Assembly: GCA_964187785.1 (NCBI GenBank) | Contig: OZ076412.1 | Span: 27,032,001 to 27,096,000, forward strand | Direction of reading: 5' to 3' | DNA: 64,000 nt | Source of the DNA: Amphiscolops sp. MND2022 | Taxonomy: Eukaryota | Notes under the pieces: generated by a model | What the model was told of the DNA's origin: nothing | Seen by the model: the letters and a program-made list of their open reading frames with translations, nothing else | The model's database searches: none | Shown here: one piece after another, positions 11,801 through 20,800 of the stretch | How the letters are laid out: every line of letters begins with the position of its first letter | How positions within the stretch are numbered: position 1 is the first letter of the stretch | Translations under genes and position numbers: made by a program

Positions 11801-14800
11801 ATTGAGCGCATATAATTTGTTTTCGGTCATTTCTCCACAGTCATAATGCGATACACTAAGCCTTTGTGCGATGTCATCCAGGTTTGGATTGGGGAGGCCA
11901 TTGATTAGGGAGTAGCACGTAATGAATAATATCAAAATTTTACTGCACATTTTGGAACTAACTGGGAGAAATCTTAGGTGTTTGCCAGAGCTCAGTTTTC
12001 AGCAAACTGTTAAGAAAAAATCAAAAAGAGGAAAGTTAAACGGTAGCTTGCTAACCGAGAGTTGGTGGAGTCGAATTTGACAACCAGTTAGAATCAAATT
12101 GATTCTATTGTTGAAGAATGTTCTTCAGAAACGAGAGTTGGTGGAGTCGAATTTGACAACCAATTAGAATCAAATTGATTCTGTTGTTGAAGAATGTTCT
12201 TCAGGAACTGAAACGAGACAATTATTGCCTAACGTTTTCAACCAGGGTGAACACCGAATTTGTATTTGGTAGCTTGCTAACCAAAAATAGGTGTAGTCAC
12301 AGTGATCACTGCTTTAGATTTGAGATTGGTGCACAGGTCTATGGATTGAAGATTTCAGTGTCTGGCTCAATTGATAGCCGTTTTCATAAGTACTGAAAGT
12401 ACACTCTGTTATCAGAAGTGAAGTTATGGAATTTGGGATTTGAAGTGAAAGTTGAGAAAGAGGATCGTAAAATTTTATTTACCAAACAAAAATTTATTTC
12501 AAAACGGAAATGAGATGAAATTTACAAATCATAAAACTGGATAAGATCCTTGTACAATTTGCTATATTTAGGTGAAGTGACACACTCAATGTCCATGACA
12601 CTGGTTAATTCACCTAACACAAGCAGATCAAATTTGGTGATGTGCCTTTCAGGCTTCTGTTCGTATGACAGGAGGGAAGCGGCTAGTGACGCGTATAGAA
12701 GGGTGTCCTTGTAGATTTGTTTCTGATACTTTTTGTCAGGCAGGTCGTAACGTTCAAAGTGAACGCAAATCTTGAATTCGTAGGTCCAAGTCCACCGAAT
12801 ATAGGTGATCAAAAATTGTTTGTTGTTTTCAGCAACGAAAATAGTCCAGGGGCAATTGAAACTGAGTTCTTCGTACTTTTTCTCCCAGAGGGTATCCCAG
12901 TAAATAGTAGGAGGAGGATAAATTTGAGTAATCCTCGGTTTTGTTCTTTTGCGTGAGTCTTTTTTGAGAATAGACTGTGGGTTCATTAGAGATGGTTGTT
13001 TTCTCCTCTGAACAAATCCGAAGGTATGTCTCCCACAAATTTCATAAGGTGGAGAAAATAGTCCCAATATACTGAATGTTGATCTACAAAAACAATATCT
13101 TTTTTCGAGGTGATGTAGTGCTTTACATAGATATAGATTCTGTCTTGATGCAGCTCAGTTCTATAGATCCGGTAGAATTCGTTTTCAATTTTGATGTAGG
13201 TCATACGACGAACTGAAATAGTCAAAAGTTTTTTACCCACGGCAGAGATTGATACTATGATCGTTACCGTGCTGAAAAGTTATTTACCCACGGCAGAGAT
13301 TGATACTTTGATCGTTACCGTGCTCGTTTTTGTGAAAAATTCTTTACCCACGGCAGAGATTGATGCTATGATCGTTACCGTGCTGAAAAGTTATTTACCC
13401 ACGGCAGAGATTGATACTTTGATCGTTACCGTGCTGAAAAGTTATTTACCCACGGCAGAGATTGATACTATGATCGTTACCGTGCTGAAAAGTTATTTAC
13501 CCACGGCAGAGATTGATACTTTGATCTTTACCGTGTTCAATTTTGTGAAAAAGTTATTTACCCACGGCAGAGATTGATACTATGATCGTTACCGTGCTCA
13601 ATTTTGTGAAAAAGTTATTTACCCACGGCAGAGATTGATACTATGATCGTTACCGTGCTCAATTTTGTGAAAAAGTTATTTACCCACGGCAGAGATTGAT
13701 ACTATGATCGTTACCGTGCTCAATTTTGTGAAAAAGTTATTTACCCACGGCAGAGATTGATACTATGATCGTTACCGTGCTCAAGAATTTCTGAAACGAA
13801 GGACTACAAATTAGTTATCAGTTTACGTTAAAATGACAATGAAGAGAAGAGAAAAAGAATTTTGACAAGAAGACTTTTATTTACAATATTAGAAATCTTC
13901 CATTTCCTGCCACAGCTTTAGAGTTTCAAGGAAATCAATGTACATATCATTGTAGCTCGATTTTTTACAAACATTGTCCATCTGGCTAGAGATGGTGTTG
14001 AGAGCGTCGACTTCTTGTTTTGATAGCTGTGGTTCGGGTTTCCTCATGAACGTTACTAACGCCGCAGTGAGGGACGCATAAAGGAATGAACCGGGTTTGA
14101 CCCATTTGTGGTATTTTTGTTTGGACCGGTAGTTATGGAATTTAACTTCTACATCAGCAGTTGGGTGCCAACTCCAACTTAGTTCGTCGATGATCATCGA
14201 GATTTCTTCTAATTCGGGCATGATATTCCAGGGGCAGCATTTGAAATTTATTTTGTTTATAATCACAATAGGGATGTCGTACGCAATGACAGGCTTCATC
14301 TTTGGTTGGCTTGGGCTGAAGTTTGGTCAAAATAGATACTAAAGCACGAAAATGCTGCTTGACTTACTTGGTAAAATTTAAACAAATTTTACAATTGCAA
14401 GAGCTGGATTTTTCAAAAAGCAAAATTTCATACTATTGTTTTTGTTCTTTTCACAAGGTTCTCCTTTAACAAGGCTTTGTCTTGTTTTCTTTTGTTTGTC
14501 TACTTCTTTTGTTTCCTTTTGTAGTCTTTATTGAATAGATTCTTGCATTCTTTTGTTTTCTACATGCTTTTGTTGTTACATGCAGTGGTTCCTTTTGTAA
14601 ACTCCTTTCAGTTGTTGACTTTTGTTTTTCGTTTTCTATGGTTTGCATCACTGGCTTTCATCGGCTTGTTTTGTAAAGATCGCGCTTTTGTTGTTGGATA
14701 ACGGCGGGTGCCATATGTGTTTTTGAAGTATAGTGTTGAAGTTAGCTTTGTATTGAATGCGCTTTTGTTATGGTTCAGTTCTTTTGGTGCCATGTGTTTT

Positions 14801-17800
14801 CGAGTGGTTTGAAAAGTTGTTTGTTCACAATGTGCTTTTGTAATGGTTCAATTCTATGGACGCCATGTGTGTTTTTGAAGTGGTGGCCCAAATTCGGTTT
14901 GTGTTGAATGCGCTTTTGGATGTTATTCTGATCTCTTCACATTTACAAGTAAGTTCGGTTTTCATTTTCAACTTTTGCTTTTTCTTGAATTTTTGGTAAC
15001 GTGTATATGACACGCTCGACCGCCGAAAAAGAAGTAGAGAAAAAAGTTTGAGCCATATGGTGGTGAAGCTTGGAGAGAAAGAAATGAAAGAAAAACAATT
15101 TTGAAGAACGGAGTGGAAAATGGGGGAAATTTTTAAACGGCATAAGGGGGGTGGTGAAAACGAAATTTGAGGTTGTAATTTAGTTGCGTTTCTTTAGGCT
15201 GTTTAGTACACGATGAACCGTTTGCCATTTTCTACCGCGGATGATGCTTATCTGGCACCAGATCTTTTTGCGGATATGCGATCATTGGTGACTGATTTGG
15301 AACTACCAATGATGGCGGGGACGACAGCGGTGGGCGAGGTGTTGCGACGCCCAGAACCACTCCGGAGAGCAGTGAGATTGGCGTTAGGCGAGCACGTAAG
15401 TTGTTGAGTGGTGTAACTTTTGAAGCTAAGACATTGTGGAGAAGAGATTTTGAATTAGTTCTTAGCACTAAGAGTAAAAAGGAAATGGAAAGTATTGTCT
15501 TTAGCTTCGATTGTATAAGTTCTGTAGTTGCAGTTTCTAAGTACGATAAGGTAAACAGAGACGGAATGTTTGTGAAATTAATGTTTTTGTGTATTGATTG
15601 CAGTTTGTTTTAGTGGAGATCGAAGCTACAGTCCGGAGCCAAGGACGTTTGGATTTTTAAACTAAAAGCCATTGTACGGGGATGGGAGATGACTGCTCCA
15701 CAAGATCGGCCGGACATAGCCCGACGGCTGGATCGGAGTCAGTTTTTTCAAGTGCTGCAGGACTTGGCGGAGTTGGGGGGATATATGGTGTGCCTCTGCG
15801 CGGGGCATCCTAAGCCGCCTCCAAATGGGGCGACTGTTGTCCCTGCCGAAAGGGAAGATTTATTATAAACTTTTGTTTATATTGTAAATATTTTGTTTTT
15901 GTGTTTTTATTATTTTAATATTATTTTTGTAATACTTCTGTTTTGACTTTAAATTGTAGGTTGAGAAGTAAGAGAACGTTTTTGACAGTTATAATTTCTA
16001 AAAGTTTAGCTAGAGGAGAAGGATTAGCTAAAACTTTGAGGAATCGCCTCCGTGGAGGCTTGTTGATTAAAACATCAACAATCACAGTGCTATCTATTCC
16101 AGGCAGTTCGACCATTTAAGGCGAACCGCCATAGCACAATTTTTCTTTGTAGTTTTTGTCTCTTGGGGAGACTTGTTGGCGAAAAACCGTCAACAGTCAC
16201 AGTGGCATCTATTCCACGCAGTTCAACCATTTAAGGTGAACCGCCGTACCACAAAATTTTTGTTAACAGAGTTTGTAATTAGGTGATATAAAAATGTCAA
16301 ATTTTTTGAAAAGACAGATGATCAAAAATCCCGATCCAAGAAGTTGTAGGTAACAAGCATGTGTACTGATTACAATTTCCAATAAGGCTGGGGAATTGTC
16401 CAGTGTTATTCGGGGCCAAAAAAAAGGACCGAAGAATTTGGGATTCTGAAATAAGGGTTGACACAATTTTGTACACAATTAAGGTTTTTTATCGGGGGGT
16501 AATTCTGTCCCTGTGCCTCATGACGCAGAGAATGGTGTGTAGTATCCAAATTATGTAGAGCTAGTGTTGTGAACTGAAAAGGTAGATCAGGATTTTGGCG
16601 GGACTTAGTATTAATTGATGTAATAAATGCTAGTGTTATCATTTATTTTTTAATCTTTATAGCCTTTTCTCTCAATGTCTCGGAGGGAACTGCCAGGGGT
16701 GCTTCGTTCGTATTTGGGGTTTTTGGGTTTTTCGGAAAACCGTGTAGTTACCTTCTTTTTGAAGTTAGATAGTTTTCCTGTTTTTGGGGAAACTTGATCA
16801 GGGGGAGACACTGTGTGGATTGGAGGAACGGATGGGAGAACCGGTGTTCTCTTGGGTAGGGGAGTGTTAGAAGAGAATGCGAGTGGTAAGACTGCCACAG
16901 GGAGACGTGGTGTTTGCATAGGTGGAAGTGGATTTGTTCCACAGCTTTGAGGGATACGTTCCCTTAGAATGGAATTGTTAGACGTAGATGGGATCGGGGT
17001 GTGAAATTGTGGGGTTTTCGGAGAAAGGATTCCAGAATCGGTACTGGGGGAAAATTCAGAACCCTTAGAAGTATTGTTATTCGATCCTGAAAGTGGAGTG
17101 ATAATGAGTGGCATAAAATCTAGTTTATGCTCAGGTTGTCCCGAGTTGTGTTTGTCAATTTGAGTTTGGACCAAACGCTTGTAAAAATTATCGTCCTGTT
17201 CTACAGGAGCGTAATTTGTCAGCAATGGGGGTAAAGTTTCCTCTTTGGGAAAATACTCTAGTAAGTGGTTTCGGTGAGTTACTTTAACATTTTCGGGGTT
17301 CTCATCTTCTTTAATCTCGTATGTGGTATTGGTTATTTGTTTTGTTACCGTGAAAGGTCCCACTCGTAATTGTTTCAATTTCTGTGATTTGGATAGGTCG
17401 GGTTTGTGATTCTCCAATAGGACCTTTTGACCAACCGCGAGCGGTCGTCCTAGTTTGAAACGGTTCCGATACTCATGAGCTTTCGATGTGATCTCTCTAC
17501 ATCTTTTGTAGGTAGATGAGTATATTGATTTGAAGTCGTTTTCTCTTGTAAGTAGTTCGGAAGATAACTGTGGTCTAAGGAGTCGATCGAGGGACTTGTT
17601 TCTGAGGTTATTCTCACTATGGGTGTGAGGTTGTAAATCTGCACAAAATTCTGATTTACATTGTTTGTTTTTGTCGCGAATTAGCCCAAGTTTCAAAGTC
17701 ATCGGTATTTGAGGTTTGACGCCGAAGACAATCTCGTAGGGGGTCATACCCGTTGTGTAATTTACGCTTGTGTTATGGGCAAAAGCGAATTTAGATGCAA

Positions 17801-20800
17801 GTGTTGACCAGTTGTTTCCTGACTCGTTGGTGAAATTCCTCCAGTATCTCATGAGGTGTTTGTTTTGGACTTCAACTTTGCCATTTGTCCAGGGCGAATA
17901 AGCAGTGCGCGGTGCCAGCGTTATTCCGAACTCTTTGGTCCAATTTACAAAATCGCGGTTGATAAACGCTGAGCCATTATCGTGGACAATTTTTTGGGGA
18001 ATGCCGTAGGATGTGATCCATTTTTCTAGGGCATTGATTGTGGTCTGAGCTCCTGTATCTCGGACCGGATAGACTCCAAGAAATCTTGAGAATGCATCTA
18101 CTACAACTAGACAATGTGTATTCAGGTTACTGCTTGGTCTGATGGGACCTTTGTGGTCGATATGGATTGTTTTGAAGGGGGTTGTCTCGAGTTCGCCCCA
18201 TTGTTCAAGAGGAGCTTCTTGTAGATCGTGTCGTTTAGACTTGTTAGTCTGGCATTGTAGACAATCTTCTATCAGGGATACTATCCACTTATATCGTCCA
18301 GGCCAAAAGAAATTTTGTCTGATGTTTTCGAATGTTTTAAATATGCCTGGGTGGCCACTGTGAGTATGAGCGTGGGCCAGATTAAAGAGGGGTAGGAATA
18401 ATGATAAGGGGACACAGATTTTCATTTCGCATTTGTCCGTCCCATGAATAGGTTCGTTATAGCAGAGTAGGTTGCTTTCTTTATCGAGAAAAAGTTGATT
18501 GAAATTGTTGAAGTACGACAGCAAAGCCTTCGATTGGTGAATCTCTGGTGTTTTGGCGTTCGGCTTATTCTTGTTTCTAACCCAAGCTCGTACAATTTGT
18601 AATACAGGATCGTTGATTTGTTCTGCAACTAAGGTGGTGATGTCCAAATCAGCGGTTTTAGAGTAATCGCTGAGTTTTTGTAAGAGGTCTTTGGTATCAA
18701 CGTGTGGGAATTGCTCGACATCTAAATTCTTGTTCAATAGAGGCCTTTCACTTTTCTGTGAAATGTTCTTTTCTTTCGCAGTTGATTTATCGCGATAGAA
18801 CTCGTGATCTTCGTTGGAAAGGTGAAGTTCGGCGATTTCCTCTTCATCGTCACTGGAATCGGTTTCGATGTCGTCTATTCTACTATACTCGGGTTCATAC
18901 TGTATTTTGTATGAGGGTAGACAGAGGTTTTTGTATTGATTGATGGATTTTCCCAGTTTGAAACAGTCAGCGATGTCTTGGCGAGTCGCCATTACTGTTT
19001 GTTGGTTCTCATAGTGCTCTACTTCATGTTCTTCTCCGTCATTCTTGAGATGGAGTAGCCTTTGATCTTTGCCTTTTTGGCAGAGGATAGGGAAAAAGTC
19101 ATTGCTGCCACAATGACCATCGTCATTATGCTCGATTGCATAGTGTACTTTCGATCCAAATTCATCATAGAAACTGATATCTCGCGGTATTTCTTTGTGT
19201 AGTTTTTGTAAGTTTTGGGTTTCTTCCAGCGTGACATTTCTACTAAGTATGTCTGGGAATGCGAGGTTGGATCCTTTAGTCCAGATGATTTTGAGGTTTT
19301 GGAACTTGGTGATGATTACCTGATACTTGAAAAAGCGATGTGAAAGCTGTCCTTTTCTTCCCCAGAGGTATAAAATAGGTTTGTGATCGCAATAGAGGTA
19401 TATTGGAAATGGAGATCCAATAATGTAGTGTTCGTATGTTTGGAGTGCTGATACTATGCCACACAATTCGCGATGAAGGGTGGACATCTTTTGTTCAGCT
19501 TTGTCAAATACGCGGGAATTGAAAGAAACTATCCTTTTTCCTTCTGGAAACTGTTGAACTAGTATACAACCAGTACCAACGTTCGAAGAATCGACGTGTA
19601 TGTGGAAGGGGTACTCAGTTGAAGGGACAGCAAGAATAGTGTCCTCACATATACGACTTTTTATATCAGTGAAGAGGTCTTCGTGTTCTTTCGTCCATTT
19701 GAAAGGCGTTGTAGCTTTTATCAAATCGTAGAAGGGCTGGCTATCCACGTGTAAGTTTTTGATATAGCAACTGTAAAATCCAAGACAGCCAAGTACTTTC
19801 ATCACATCTCTTTTACTTTCGGGTGATTTTAAGTTTTTTAGATCCTGTACTCTTTTTGCTAAGGGTTGTATTCCTTGTTCAGAAATAACATGTCCTAGGA
19901 ATTTGACTTTCCTGATGAAGAAATTCGTCTTCTCAGGTGCAGCTTTAAGTCCGGCTTTCCTCAGGAGCTGATGGTACTCATGAATTATCGTGAACATTTC
20001 TTGTTTGGTCTGAGCCTGCATAAGACTGTCATCAAGATAGGTGATAGCTTGTTTTCGCTTGATGAGGGGCTCAAAATGTATAGCCATGAGACGGCTAAAA
20101 AAGTTTGGAAGTCCACAGAGTCCGTAGAAACCACGTACATACGTGTACTGTTTTCCGCCGATAATAAAACTAGTGAGTTTTTGGGTCTCGTCGCTCAAAG
20201 GTACTTGGTGATATGCGCAGGATAAATCGCTGACCGTGAAGTACTTTCCGTTAATCCGAGTCATAATCATCTGAATGGGATCCAATGGCCATGAGTAATT
20301 TGTCAGATCTGTTATGGAATTTAAGTAGCGGGCGTCGATTACTAACTTTACGTAGTCTGCTTTGGGCATCAGAATGATCGGATTGACAAAAAGGGAACCT
20401 AGTTCGTCATCGTCTCCCATTTCTCTAATGATATCGGCTTCTTGGAGTTGTCCAAGTAACTTCTCAAGTTTGTCCTTCAAGTGAAGGGGTACTTTGCTTG
20501 GTCGTTGTTTCTTGAGTTCTGAATTGGCTTTGAGTGTTACGTGAAATTTTTGACGTACTTTTCCCACGTCGAATTTGTGTTGCGAATACACGTCTGCTGA
20601 GTCAATAAGCATATCTATTAGGACAACCAATTCTTCATCTTGGAGGTCAGTATATCGGAAATCGAATTTTTTCACATATTCCTTGATTTCTTCACGCTGA
20701 TATTGGAGGTAGTATTCTATCAAAGCGTCGTTATCTTCTTTTGTTCTAAGTTCAACAAATTGTTCTGTACAGGGTGGCTGACAAGATTTAGCGTCCGTAG

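Noticed and set aside
13232-13783. CRISPR-like appearance of the repeat array, and its 106-aa ORF (13257-13577)
   Set aside because: The linkers are not unique spacers, there are no cas genes and the context is eukaryotic. The ORF is just the translated repeat.
14440-15850. Possible extra accessory ORFs between pol and ORF A (60-80 aa pieces; GC-rich 15620-15850)
   Set aside because: Short, low-complexity, in shifting frames and with no clear acceptor-ATG pairing; a spliced exon cannot be fully excluded.
16046-16252. Hammerhead or pistol ribozyme call for the duplicated structure
   Set aside because: It has CUGUGA rather than CUGANGA and no GAAA after stem II; UUAAAU is in the wrong structural position for pistol.
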